A DNA stretch of 64,000 nt from Adineta vaga (Eukaryota; Animalia; Rotifera): assembly GCA_021613535.1 (NCBI GenBank), contig CP075492.1, positions 8,618,001-8,682,000 of the forward strand, given 5' to 3'. Positions 50,111 through 64,000 of this stretch are shown piece by piece; within the stretch, counting starts at the first letter, position 1, and each line of letters begins with the position of its first letter. The notes beneath the pieces were generated by a model. The model was given only the letters and a program-made list of their open reading frames with translations. It was not told the origin of the DNA and did not search any database. Made by a program: the position numbers and the translations under genes.

Positions 50111-53100
50111 ATGGCAACTAATGCTGTTTTAACCTCTATGAACGATGAAATTGGCACGAATGAAAAAGCATACGAAGAAGAATTATTTATTCCATCTTCG
50201 ATTGACGAAGAATCGATTATTAAAACAATTAATAACCAACAGGAGATTTCATTTCTTTCAAAACCATTGATTGCAGAAGATATATTTCCTTCGTAAGTAT
50301 CTTCTCATTCAATCATTTAGTTTACACGAATTCATGAGACGATGAATCGTAAATGAAAAGTAATCAAATCTATTTAGTGTACCTAGCATCTCTTCGAATC
50401 TCATTGAATATCCAGGATCTTATCGAACTAATTCAAAGAAGGAAGAGTCAATATTGATATATGCCGAAAATTTTCGTCATCAATATCATCATATTTATCG
50501 TCATCGAAAACCACTTCTTCTCTGTCCATTTAATGAATGTGGTGTGCAGGTAAATATCTAGTTTTCTCGTACCTGAAAATAAATAATACAAGATATAGAA
50601 ATTTGTTTGTACAACGATTCGAATGACAATGTTGCCTTATTCTGATCTAACAGACTGGCGTTTAGCAGCCGAATTTCTTGCCGATCATCTCAATTATGAT
50701 TTACTCAATCCATCCTATGAACTCGTATGCTATCAGATACAAAACCATAGTTTCTAATCTTTCATTTCAGTCGAGAATACTTTATTCACCATCAAAAATT
50801 CTTGTTGAACAACATGGAAATTGTTTCGATTATGCTAATCTACTTTGTTCGTTATTAATCGGTGCTGGATATGATGCATATATCGTTAGTGGATATGCTA
50901 CGCGTGAAATTTGTTATATGGATACTACTCGATTACAAAATCCATATAGCAGAAAACAGGAAAAGGTAGAGATTTTAATTAAGTTGAATGAATATATAAG
51001 ACGAAAATAGAAAAAGTCAGATCTTTATATGATTACTTTGTTTTCACACATTCAACACAAGAAATTAGAATCGTATATTCAAAATCTTGTATAATAGATT
51101 AATAATAGATTTTCATCCTGAATTTATTTGTAGGAATATGTAGAACAATTAAATTGTCAGTGTAAAAAATATGTTATCAAACCACCAAAGGATTTAACAT
51201 CAAAATATGATGCATATATGCAACACCGACATGTAGATGCCTTAGAAGTAGAAAAAAGCCGAATACAAGATGAAGAAAAAAACCGAAAAGCAGTATGTTT
51301 CGAAAAATAAACATATTTGAAATGTTTAACGAGAAAAGCAATAGGAAATCGAACGACCATTAGATGATCCATTGTATGGTATTCGAATTCATGCATGGAT
51401 ACTAGTTTTACCAGGAAAACGTGATATAACTGAACCATTTTATATTGAATCAACAACGGGTTATGCTAAAGCAACAGATGATAGTGAATATTTAGGTATT
51501 GAAAGTGTTTGGAATAATCAAAATTTTTGGATTAATATGCAAGATTGTTCTGATGGTTGTAAAGTTCGTTGTTATAGAAGATATTCGAATGTTGTACTGT
51601 ATTCATTATTTAGTCTCTTCAATTTGATTTAAATGATCAAGTCCGATGGGAATGTATGTTTCCCCATTCAATAAATTCCAATGAATTGATCACAAACAAT
51701 CATCATTCTGACGATGATGAGAATGAAGATAAATTAACTGATCAACGGTCTTTCATAACTTTATCTAATCAAATAGATTGGTTCGAAAAAATGAGTTCGG
51801 ATCATAATAAAAACATTTTCATTTCATTGATATATATTATTCAGAATTTTATTTCAATAATCCATTGAATTTACCTGTATCCAATATTAATGCTATTTCA
51901 TACTATAATCATTATTCTGATCAAGTCAAATCAGAAATTTACGAACGATATTATACATCAGCAGTACCAAACATTGTAAGATTTTCTTTAGTCACTCAAC
52001 TTCATTTCTTTCCTCTACACTAGATCACAAAGAACACATCTTCGAAAGATATTGATTTACCACCGTCATGGGTTCATCCACTTGACATCACACCTAAAAG
52101 TTTTAATTGTAAGAAATTCTTCGACATTAATTTCATTCTTTTAGATTTTCAAAAACGTTTTCCAAATGCTCATAAGACGTATTATTTTAAAAAAACATGT
52201 GTACAAAAATATGCACCTTATAGTATGAAAGATGGTATTGTTTTGAAAGTATCTGAATTCAATGATTATGACTGTGAGTTAATCATTCGATGATAAATAT
52301 TTGTTGATTAAAAATGAAATCAGTTAAAGAACTCATTTATATGACATGTCAATATGAATATCGTTATGATAAATTGGAAATACGAGAACATGATGTAAAG
52401 ATAAATACGATCTATGAAAAGTATCGACCCGGACGAAATGATCATTTGAAGGGTAAAATTTCCGAACTATTTTGCATCTTGTATCTTCATTTGTATGTAG
52501 AATATATTTATAATTTTGAATCATTTTACGATCGTACAATGATCTTTTATCATAAATCACGTTTGGATAGTTTAGCAAAACGGCATGAAACATGCCATGA
52601 ATTGACTGATTATTTCATTGATCATGAAAATTTTCTTTTCTCTCGAAAAACAATATTTGAAAGTCAATCCAAGACAAAGAGTCCATCTCATAAAGTGATT
52701 CGACGATCAATTATTGTAAATAATCATTTTCGTAAAACAAAAAAACTTCTATGATTTTTTTCATATTCTTAGTCCATTACTGAAAAATCCAATCGTAATC
52801 CAAAAGTGAATAGCAATGACGATATTCATGAACTTATTTATGCAATTAAAGATAATAAATTTATTCTCACTTATCACAGAGATGTCAATTGTATTACACC
52901 ATCGATCAGGTAAATAATTGAAAGAAATAAATGAGTTTTTTAAAGAATTCATTGATTTAGAACGTACATAAAACCAGTGAGTTCATTTTATTCTTGAAAT
53001 AATGAATTGTCTAGAAGTAGAAAATAGGAGAATTGGAATGATAAAACATTTGTATTTAAATGGAATGATGATTTACAAAAAAGTTATCAAGCTGACGAAG

Positions 53101-53943
53101 ATTGCAAAGAACTATCTCAACGTAATCTTTACTTAAATTTGATTAAATTGATTGAACAAGAAGAAGTGATTAAACAAGTACGAATAAGTGAAGACGAAGT
53201 AAGAATTCGTAGTTTTATTTACAAACGTGAACAATTATTTTTGTTAGATACGAGAACTTCAATCTTGTCGACAACAAGAAGAACTTGTAAGTGATCTGGA
53301 AATTAGTATTTATGATATCGATCGTGATGAAAAATCGAAAATTTATAAAGAATTATTGGTAAGTGTTGAAAATACTTGATAGATTTAATTACTTTTCGAG
53401 AGATAATTTTCATACAGTATTAATCGTATTATTGTTCTTGATAAATACGGAGAAGAATTTTTAGGAACAAAAATCTGCTCAAGATAAACACAATAAAAGC
53501 AGTGATGAACTCGATTATCTAGCACCATATCTTGCTGCAATAGGTTTGTATATAGATTACTTTCTTTCTATCACATTTATCAGATGATCTTCAGGCAATC
53601 CAGAACGAATTGATGCGCAAACAGCTGAACGAATCCGTTATAAAGTTGAACTTGATTTTAAGCATCAATCAATACAAAGAGCTAATCTAATTCAATCACA
53701 TTACGAACGAGAAATCAAAGAACTTATGACTAAACATGATTTAAATCCTCAATCTCAACAAGCAAAATTTCGTTTAGAAATTCTCGAACAACGTCTAAAA
53801 GAGTTTGTAATTTCTATCTTTCTATTCTATTTTTCTATTCATTTCATTATAGACAACAAAACATATCTCAAAAGAATTATTTTCAACTTCAAAACAAACT
53901 TCACGAAGATCCACGTTTAAAAGATCCCTATATTGTTCGATGA
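50111..53943 (+). CDS. DRC7: Dynein regulatory complex subunit 7 (CCDC135; transglutaminase-like fold)
   Basis: YAENFRHQY..RKPLLLCPFNECGVQKFVCTTIR, GNCFDYANLLCSLLIGAGYDAYIVSGYA, DPLYGIRIHAWILVLPGKR, YLGIESVWNNQNFWINMQDC, DYLAPYL, FRLEILEQRL; about 17 exons. Confidence 0.93.
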
Positions 53944-54400
53944 TTTATTTTAATTAATAAAAAAAAGAAAAGAAATACGACAAAAGAATAGTAAGCGTAA
54001 ACACACATACACACACACACACAAAACCTGAGTAAAGAGAAAATAACACTTCTTTCGTTTTTATATACATGAATGAAAAGAGGAAGAAAAAAGAGAACAC
54101 ATGGATACGTTCATTAACTCGCACGTGTTTAGTGATACTCGACAAAGGAAGAAAAACAGACAAACACAAAGAAAAATTACTACTCATGTACATTGTGTTT
54201 TATATTAGAAGAAAATTAGATAAGAGATATGTAAGATGGCAATCAAAAATGAACATTAAACAACAGACAATAGTGGAAAAAAGAATAGATATAAAAAAGA
54301 AGAAAACAAGAAAGATTTGATTTTCGTTCATCTTTTTTCCTTTTCTTATAAAACAGATCTGACATTAGCTAAATTTAAGCAATAGAAGAATAATATATAT

Positions 54401-57400
54401 TTATACCCAAGAGTCAGGTGATGTTGATGCTTGACCAAGTTGATCCCATGTAGCTGGTTGAATTTGTTGTGATCGATTTTTGTGAACAGTAGCATAAAGA
54501 TCAGAATGAGGATCACCAAGACCGGACATTGTCTAAATTATACAAAGAATTAACTGAAATGACATCGAATTTGAACAGTATATCTTATAACTAAATATCT
54601 AGATTTCAAAATCGATGTTTCTAAGTCTTTGTTGTCATTGTCTATTCATAAACCTTTTCAATTGATAAGATACAATCAAGTTTACTTACTCCATTTCCAT
54701 ATGGTCTTTGTAGATTATCCATACTTTGATTTAGTTTTTCCATACGATATTCATCACTTCCTAGAAAATTAAAATACATTTTCTTTTTCTTTTTCTCTCA
54801 AATACGAAATCAAGTACTTTGTGGTCGAGTAATTTGTTTTCCTTTGGAGGTAAAATGTGTTGGTTGTCCCATATCACCTCTCGGTCGATGTAATGTCGAT
54901 TGTGGACTTGATGTTAATGATTTTGAATTTAATAATCGATGATGAATAAAATCGGATTCTTTAAAACCATGTTGTTTATATAATTCATGTAAGGAACGAT
55001 GTTTGTACATAGTATTCAATACATGAGCTGTATATTTAATAACTTTCGAATTATAAACATGTCCTTTCGCATTCATAATACCATTCATTTTTGTGACACC
55101 ACCTTCTTGAAATAGAATTCGTGCATTAGTATCATTTGTACGAATGATTTCATTGAGTGCAGCAAGAACTGATGTTAATGTTTCATCTGAATGACGTCGA
55201 CGGCCTGTTCCTTGTTCAGATGGATCAGGTAAAACAGCAACGAGTTCTTTAATAGCCCATCCACCGAGTACATCACGATTTTTTGGATCAATTGCTAGAT
55301 TTCTTAAAGCAATTGCTGAAGCATTAACAACGGCATCACATTCATCAACACGTAACAAATCAACTAATTCCGATAAACCACGTGCCTTTCGAACTTCACT
55401 ACGTAAGTCTATCGATGGTTTCCAATAACAAGCAGCTATTGAAGAAGAAAAAAAAGACGAAGAATGAGATATGCACATCAGATTATGTTTCATGTCATCG
55501 TTTTCAATACATACTTAAATTTTGAATACATCCAGCTGTTGCTTCAAGTGTATCAGGATTGCTACTATGTCGTAAAAGATGTACGTAAGTACCTATAACA
55601 TCTGGCTGCCAAAGCATTTCAACAGGTCGACCTTCACGTGGCGCCATGATTGCATAAATATTATTATTGTTAGTTGTTCCTGTTTGTTCATAGATTTGTT
55701 TTGTTTTCTTTTGTTTAGAACCCATACAGCCAACTTTGGTTTTTTCATGTTCATTATATTGTGATTGTGATGGTGTCATGCTCCAAGTAGATGCTGCTGC
55801 CATAGCTGGATAATTCCGATCATAATCACGATCAACAACTTCTTGTAATTTATACGAGAGATTACGTAATATACACATACAATTTTCGATAGATTTATTA
55901 TCAATTTCATTTAAAGATTGAAGACTGGAATTAACAGCATGAAGAAGAGATGGAATAAAACCTTCACAGTCACGCATCTTACCACGACCATCATAATCAG
56001 CCGATGAACAATTGCTAGAAAATGATAAGTTTATTCAACATACTATTCCATATCAAATATCGAAAAACAAACTGTGTGAGATTTGATCACATATTATATG
56101 TTGATAGATTATACTTTCAACCTTGTCTACTGATGGTGATAAGGTCAATTGATACTTCTCAATGATGATCGACTGTGTAGAAAGATTTTAAGATGAGATG
56201 AACAAAATCTTCGTATTTCTTAAATAAAATCTACTAATTTCACATATGAAAGAGAGATAGAGCTATTTCGATAATTTGAATATAACAGACACTTCGATAA
56301 TATCATTAGACAACATGCTTTAGTCGATCACAAAATTCCTTCGATCATTTTCTCGTTTCCTGTAAATTCTTTATTGAATTAGACAGTTCATTTAAATATT
56401 CTTCGTTAGATCGTTACATGAAGACATCTATCTATACATATAGCGCATGAGTTAATTGATTTAGTCATCGTCAATGAAATCAGTTTCGGTACATGCTTAG
56501 TCAAGCACATTGTGTTATTGAGCAAAAATCTCTTTATAGCATTTGAATGCTTTATCGCGTCATATTTTGAATTCAATGAACTTAAAATAAGATCTATGAT
56601 TTCTTTTACATGAACATTCATCTATTGATCTAATCTTAACTTACCGAAGTATTCCTGTTGCATTTTTGAAAACAGGTGGAAATTTTCCTTGTGGATTTAA
56701 ACGTCGATTAATATCAGCATCCCAACCAGAGAAAGGAATAATGATATTTTTCACAAGTACATTTAATCCTTCGTCAAGGATTTGTCCTTTCAATTGAGGT
56801 GATGAAGATGCATTCCAAAGAACAGCTGTAACTGATTCTCGAACGTCTTCATAAGGTGTTCGACGTAAGAGATGGATTAATGCTGGTATACCATTACGAT
56901 TTTTTAATTCAATCTAAAGATAAAAGATGATATGAGTTATGTTACTACAGGAAGAAATTCTTCTTTTCTATCAAACAAACCTTATTCTCATCATTTCGTT
57001 TTCCATAACATAGATTTCTTAAAGCACCACAAGCATTCTTCTGTATTTCTGGTTTTTCATGTTGAAGTAAAGCAACTAAATAGGCAATTCCATTGAGAGA
57101 TCTTGTTTTTGATTTGATATTATCATCATTAAAACATAAATGTTGTAAATAAGCAGCAGCATTCTCTTTGATAACATCACTTGTGTGACTAAGATATTCA
57201 ATAACTTCTTGTAAATCAGGATCACGCCAACGTTGTTCTAAGTAATTAAATATAATTAATTGAAAATAATATAAGCAAAACAACAACATTAAGCAAGGCA
57301 ACATAAAGCAATAAGCAAGGAAAAATAAATTGGAATCATACCTCGAAATTCTGTATCAATTGAAGGTGATCGTCGACGACAATGATACTCATCTTCATGT

Positions 57401-58723
57401 ATACCATATGATGTATACATACGACTCAATGTACCATAATCTTCACCATAGCCCGGAGGTGCTGCAAAATAATATTAGGGGGAAAATAATGATAGATATA
57501 CACACACAAAAGCAGTGATAAGAAAGCATTTTCATAAAATAATATAGATATACATATATATATATACATACAAAAGAAGCAATTTGTACCGAAAACCAAA
57601 CATATAATAAGTATATCCATTTATCAGTCTCTTACCTTGTCCGATACTATCAGGCGATTGTCTTCCAGCTGTTGGCATAAGTGCTCGACCAATACTGTCT
57701 GGTCGACCTGGACCCAAACCTTCATATGGATTCTCAACATCAAGATATGGTTCGTCTACTAAGTTAGGATCATTGGGATCATAATCGATAATTTTTTCAT
57801 CAGTATTAGCTAGAATAATTATAGCCATAATAAAATATGCAAATTAAACGTAAACATTGCATAAACAACATACTTTTATTATTTTCTGGTTCGTTATATC
57901 GTGCATTACTATAACGATGATCAAGGACATCATGACTATAACCATTTCGTCCTCCTCCATTCACATGTTGTTGTTGTGGTGGTATTCTTCCGGATGGTCG
58001 TCCATTTGAATAAGTGCTTCGATTATCATGTCGAGTTCCATTTGTTATTGTTAATCCAGTTTCACTTACATCACCACCAGATGCATATGTACTACGCTCA
58101 AATCGATTAGGTTGTTGTTCATAACGTGTATGCTGATGTTGATGTGTCGTTGTTGATCGTTGTGATGAACGTACAGATGACGGTGAATGTTGTTCATTGG
58201 AACGAAACTGAGTTCTAAAATAATCATTTTTTATTTCGCGTTTATCGATTAAACTAAAACTGCATTGTTTTTTAAATATTTACTTCTGTTGAGAAAATGA
58301 TGAATTTGGTGAAAAACTAGTATTGGTTTCGTGTCTTGTTGTTATTCCATTCGTGGGTAATGAAGTACCTTCATAAACTACATGCTCATCGGACCATGTT
58401 GTTGGTGTTGGTTCACCATATTCAGCAATTAATGCTTGATATCTTGGATCATCTTGTCGAATGAGTTCACCAGTGATTGGATCGACTAAATGTCGATGTA
58501 CACGTGTGATTTTTTGTATTTTAGTTACTTTTGAAACTTGTTGAGATTCTTCTTTTTTTCGTACAACTTTTGTTCCATCAGGTGTTGTTTCTTCTTCAAC
58601 TGTTGTGGTCACTTTAACTGTATTTGATTGTGGTGCTTGACCATTATCACCGTCTGATGTATACGTATATGTATAGACAAGACGTTCACGTTGTGGATCG
58701 TCCGTCATTGTTTCGCCGGGCAT
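54401..58723 (-). CDS. CTNND2: p120/delta-catenin family armadillo protein
   Basis: RWRDPDLQEVIEYL, NAAAYLQHLCF, NACGALRNLCYG, MRDCEG, KSIENCMCILRNLSY, LWQPDVI, TLEATAGCIQNL, ALRNLAID; C-terminal PDSWV* PDZ ligand. The exact subfamily orthology is uncertain. Confidence 0.9.
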
Positions 58724-59578
58724 TTCGGATAGGAACAATATCTATGTCCGATGTTTAATAAAAAGAAAAGACTAAAACAAAAGATGAAAGGTTATTCGAT
58801 TAGATCAGATAGAGTAAATGTCAAACAATTGATAGATGTTTGCTTTTCAAAAGACGAAAGAGCAAACGAAAGAGAAAAAGAGAAGGATAAAGTAAGAGAG
58901 AGAAAAAGAGAGAAATCTCTTTACCAAGTAAGAAATGGCAGGTGACACTTGTTGAAATATCCTTATGTAAGAGTTTGACACCAATACTCCAGAAGTTACG
59001 GCTCGTTTGCATATATTCAATCGAGCGAATACAAGAAAGAAAAAAAAGAGAAAGAAAGAGACGAGAAAAAGAAGAAAAGAACAAGTTGTTGGCCTTCCTA
59101 TGAGAAATAGATTTTTGATTTAGTTGATGTCTAGCTTCTTTGTCTAAGACGATCAAACATTGATTATTAATCGATTCTGTCGTGTCCAACAAGTCGAAAT
59201 AAAGGTCAAATGAGGAACTAAACTTGCGTAATGAATATATATATATATATACAAATATATAAAGGTATCCAAATGATTTCTTGTCGATACAAACGTATAT
59301 GTATAAATATATACATCTGGGATTCGACCTCGATAAAAAAAACTCAATCATCACCAAATAAATAGGGTACGAATCCCTTTGAGTAGATTGTATGTACGAA
59401 TACAAAATCTAACCTCTTTCGTTCGATGTATTAATCTTTTATGACGAGATGTCTCAGTTTGCTCGAGGGATACAAGCAAAACAAAAACGCCTGGTCATAT
59501 GTATGCATATATGTGTAGACACCTTCTACGTAAGCAAACAGAACTTTGTAGGTTTATACTTCTTTACTATACGTATGT

Positions 59579-59609
<31 letters not shown>

Positions 59610-60957
59610 CGTTTACTAACGCCTACAGTGAATGTTTATCTGCCTATTAATCAGCACCACTCACCATTCACTCACTCACACACATTCGTTCGATCGATCG
59701 TGCATCCTATTTGTCTGTCGTGTAAGCAGTATGTAATAGTTTTTTCTGTACTATCGTATTCTCTAAGATATAATGCATATGGGAGCCAACGCGAATGCAC
59801 GATTTTTCTCGTATTCGGTAAATAGACTTGTTCTCTTTCTCTCTCGAATTGAGTCCATCTCACACACACTTGACTGCACGCAAAAGAGAAAAAGAGAGAA
59901 CCGGAAAGAGAATGTGACAAGTCTACTATTTTATGTGCATTTGGAAGCAGCTAAAAAAAGAAAACCTTGAATGAACAAACGCATCAGCAACGAAACAAAA
60001 GAGACTGCTTACCACCACGTTTCATTTACCTTTTGCATATTTCAATCGAATTTATTGATTAAAATACTTTCGTTTTACACATTTACCGCATCTTTTTTCA
60101 TGCGCACATAATACAATCAAAAAAATATGCTAACAACTCGACAGCAGCAATAACACTAGCTTCCAAACGCGTGCGTCCAACTGCATATTCATTATATTCA
60201 AAACTTTCTTTTCTCTCACTCTCGCTCTCGCTCTCTTATACAGTAGTGTATTGAGTCGACAGAGAATGACCGACCATGGACATTGACCAAGAAAAGAATG
60301 ACTAGAGATGGGATAGCGAAAGAGAAATACAATTTGCTGTCTAGTCGAGAGAAAAGAAAGAGAACACGGACGGCGACGACGGCGACATCGAGCAAGCTTC
60401 TAATTGAACAGTATAGATATTCATCAATGTTTTTTTTGTTTTGGCCGAAATCCAAAGGGAAAATAAACAGGCAAATCTGACAAGAATCCATAGAAAAACA
60501 AAATAAAGTCGCATTTTCGTGTTATTTTACATTTCTCATATGAAAAACGAAAGTCATAATCAACAAATAATTTCTCACCTGTTTGCTAGAAAACAAATTC
60601 AACAGTGCAATTCAACGTGCAACATAACAGGACAGCAGAGAAGAACTGTTAGCATCAATATTTTAGACGAGATGACTAAAAATCTCAATCAAAATGAGTT
60701 CTATTAGGAAAAAGAAGAAGCCGGAACATACATGATCGATGAAGGAACAAACGAATGTTTATTAAAGTCAAAAAGAACAGAAGAAGAAGACGAAGAAGGA
60801 GAAATATAAAAAAAAGCGACATCACTATTTTACATATATACAGCCTCTAATGAATCAAACAACCAATGACAGAATAAACATTTCATTCTTCTTCTTTTTT
60901 TATTTTATTTATTAAAAAATCAAAGAAGAAAAAAAAGAAATAGAACGATTTACAACA

Positions 60958-61812
60958 TTAATCAGAAATTTTCAATGAATTCATTAATTTATTCGCTGTT
61001 AATAATGGAGCTGTTGGTAGTTGAGGAAAGTCCGGAAGAAACATCCATGTACCTGTTGCTGCATCATATTCAGCAATAATCATGGAAAGAAAGTTAACTT
61101 CACCACGTTTATTATTTTCCATTTCACTAAGATAAGCTAATTTATCATCGACAGCATCAAGATTTAACATAGCAGCTAGTAATGTTACACATGGTCGATG
61201 TGTAACAATAAGAATTGTTGGCGGAGTTGGTGATGCACTAAGTTTCATATTTTGACTAATTAATTTTCTTGTTATTCTCTTTAATACAGCATACATTCGT
61301 CGATAGTAAGCTAAACGTGTTTCACGTACAATGACTGTATTGTTAACAGGTGCTAATACAGGTTGATAATTTAAATCAACGAAAAAGCCAGCAGAAGCAA
61401 AAAAGTCCGCAGGTTGTAAAGGTAAATTTCGTTTTGTTGGTTCATGAAGTGCAAGATCAACTCTTAACGGTGCTCGTTCACGTCTACCAAGACCTTCAAG
61501 TACAGAATCAGCTGTTTGTACACATCGCATTGCTGGTGATGTATAAACTCGATGAGGTATTAAACCAAGTGAACGAAAAAATTCACCTGTATGATAAGCA
61601 TGAGCTTTACCATGTCGTGATAAAGGTGTATCAAGAGAATATTCATGTGGATTGGCACGAATTGGTAAAACAGTTGGCATTTGCGTAACATTAGGTGAAT
61701 AAACTCCATTAATAAAAACTTCTTGTGGCCAATTATTATTTTTCAAAACAAAATCTAATCGTTCAGAATGCCGCATGATAATAATACGAGGTTTATGTAT
61801 ATGTTGATTCAT
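60958..61812 (-). CDS. Histidine phosphatase superfamily protein, Sts/UBASH3/EPPase-type phosphatase domain only (intronless)
   Basis: IIIMRHSERLD, DTPLSRHG, VYTSPAMRCVQTA, LHEP, ILIVTH. No UBA or SH3 domain is present. Confidence 0.88.
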   Translation of the reverse strand: MNQHIHKPRIIIMRHSERLDFVLKNNNWPQEVFINGVYSPNVTQMPTVLPIRANPHEYSLDTPLSRHGKAHAYHTGEFFRSLGLIPHRVYTSPAMRCVQTADSVLEGLGRRERAPLRVDLALHEPTKRNLPLQPADFFASAGFFVDLNYQPVLAPVNNTVIVRETRLAYYRRMYAVLKRITRKLISQNMKLSASPTPPTILIVTHRPCVTLLAAMLNLDAVDDKLAYLSEMENNKRGEVNFLSMIIAEYDAATGTWMFLPDFPQLPTAPLLTANKLMNSLKISD

Positions 61813-63780
61813 CGTCTTTTTCTTTTTCTTTTTTTTCTCAATAAAATTATGATTTTATAAAAAAAAGTGACACTTTTTTTTTGATTTTTATATCTTGAAT
61901 ATGTCGCGAAAAGAAAATCATTCAAGCGAATCTTTAACCATGCATAACTTATTTGAAGAGAAAAGAAAAGTATATTTTTCGATGTCATTACCTTGGTCTA
62001 TTTTTTTCTCTTTTACATCATTTCTTGGCCCTGACATGCGTGTGAGTTCGATTTAGTTAATTATTTGAAAAAACGTTTATTTTTATTGAGAAAAAGACAA
62101 AAGAAAAACATTCTTTTTGAATAGAACCGTTTTTTCTCTCTCTCTAGAAACAAGAATGATGAGTTTGATTCTTACACAGAATGATTAATATTTGAATCTA
62201 ATGCGACATTCCGAAGGACATGTGATTGCTTTTACATAATGTAATTATCGGAAAACAACAATGTTGCTGTAATATAATATCTATTTGTTAGATTTATTTG
62301 TTTTAATTGCTAAAAATATCTTTGAAATATTATAAACTATTTAATTAGAGTAATATCCTTGTCATCTAATGGAATATATAGTGATTCAAAATAATCCTAT
62401 GAAAAGAAAGTTTTCGAAGAACAAATATCTTGACGTTGAGATGTATATTGTAAAAAAGAAAAGGAGGGAAAGATTGATATCTATAGAAGTACTATTCGAA
62501 ATTATGACCTTTAATTGAAATATAAATATCTTGTCTTGATAGAGACATTAAAAAAAACCAATTGAATATTCTTTTCAAATAGTCTGAATATGATCATAAA
62601 TGTTGAGATTTAATAATCAATGAGTATTTACAGTCTACTTGATTTCTATAGAAATCAAATTTAGTGAATATAGAAGAGACTTCAGGGTAAATACAGATTG
62701 GATATTTGATTTGATGAAAACAAACGCAGTTATATCTCGTGTATATTTACATCATCATCATCATCAGTGTGTTTATTACGTATTCAAAATTATTTTCATT
62801 CTTTCCTTTGAATGGTTGATTTTGTCTTTCTATTCAATGATTTTGACTATCGATGACAAGTAAAGTGCACCGAAAGAAAAATCATCATCATCATCATCTA
62901 TCTATCTATCTATCGATTCAATAATTCGATGTTTATTTGTTTAGCGTAGTATGCGCGCAAGGTTTTCAATGTTTTTTTACATATCTGTTTAATATCATTC
63001 TGTCATATTTATCGATAATATGCATATTAGAATCATTATGTGTAGTATTCATAAACCGATATCCTACGATCATGTGAAAATGTACATTGAAAAATATAAA
63101 TTGAGTTGAGTGATAATCAATATTATGATGATGAAACCCATTGCATGTGTTTGCAAACTGATCGGAAATAAGAATAGGAGGTCGTAATACTTATTGAACA
63201 AATTTCACGCTATTTATTAGTATATGCATGAATAACTACGATATGTATACGCCTGCAATATTGCTATGGTTAATATATATTCGTAACATATAAAAACTTC
63301 ATTTTAATTTTGTTCACTTCAGTTATGACTGAAATATAATGGTATCTATGTATAATAGATAACAATTGATTTATGCTCTCATTCACATACGATGTTTCAA
63401 TTGGAACATTTTTAATTTCGGCAAATGATTGAGCACGATTGATCCTTTTCTATTTCGATCGTTATGTGATCAAAATCGACCACCATACAAAACATACCTG
63501 GATTTCCACAGATTATTTACTACAAAATTCAATGATTTTATAACAATTAGGAAGATTTTCGTCTTATTTCGATGTACCATTCAGAAAAATCTTTCAAATC
63601 TACATTACTACTTCGAAATTTCTGTCAACAGACAAAAACTATCTCAGTATAGGTTGTTTGCCTTCTCATGCTGTTCAAATGCAAGTACAATGAAATAAAA
63701 TTTTGATTAATTTCTAATGCTTTAGTAATTAATCTCTCTTTAAATTTTATTCCACCTAAAATCCTGAATAGTCAATCTTA

Positions 63781-63948
63781 CGTTGAATTTTAATGCATCA
63801 GCAACGACTTCTGCAACAACATCAGATAGATCATTTCCTTATATGTTAATTGTTGGCAAAGTTTAATTTATTTTCAATGTATTTACAATGCTTTTCAAAA
63901 CATTACTCATTATTTCGTCACCTTCGTCACTCAATTTATTATAACTAC
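63781..63948 (-). pseudogene. Degenerate ribonuclease-inhibitor-type LRR (NLRC3-like) exon
   Basis: Translation SYNKLSDEGDEIMSNVLKSIVNTLKIN*TLPTINI*GNDLSDVVAEVVADALKFN has two in-frame TAA codons and is flanked by AG and GTAAG. Confidence 0.65.
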
Positions 63949-64000
63949 TGTATTCTTTGATAATTCATTCAAATGAAAATTGATAGTATTGAAAGATGAA

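Noticed and set aside
58821-59405. 194-aa minus-strand ORF upstream of the catenin gene
   Set aside because: Non-ATG start, dominated by (TA)n and pyrimidine tracts, with no domain signal.
63781-63948. TAA read as Gln (alternative genetic code) in the LRR fragment
   Set aside because: Other genes in the window end at TAA and have no internal TAA codons; pseudogenisation is simpler.

Overview
AT-rich, intron-dense eukaryotic (metazoan) DNA with many ~45-65 nt GT-AG introns and microsatellite-rich intergenic spacers. The style and gene content suggest a bdelloid rotifer, which is an inference. Spliced genes reconstructed by hand, in order: a large minus-strand 6x laminin-G + tandem-EGF gene running off the left edge, apparently with three alternative signal-peptide first exons; a small Cys/His-knuckle protein ending in a CAAX box; a single-pass membrane protein with an apparent 1-nt frameshift; a RIM/unc-10 gene with mutually exclusive pre-PDZ exons and a probable internal first exon; a small RFX-box-preceded gene; an intronless YdjC deacetylase; a collagen-C1q protein; a Pro/Gln-repeat JHY-like gene; an EGF + chitin-binding protein; a TMEM79/MAPEG-like protein; ASH2L; DRC7; a delta/p120-catenin; an intronless Sts/UBASH3-type histidine phosphatase; and a decayed NLRC3-like LRR fragment at the right edge. 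No rRNA, tRNA, CRISPR array or intact transposon was recognised. All family assignments come from motif recognition, not database searches.
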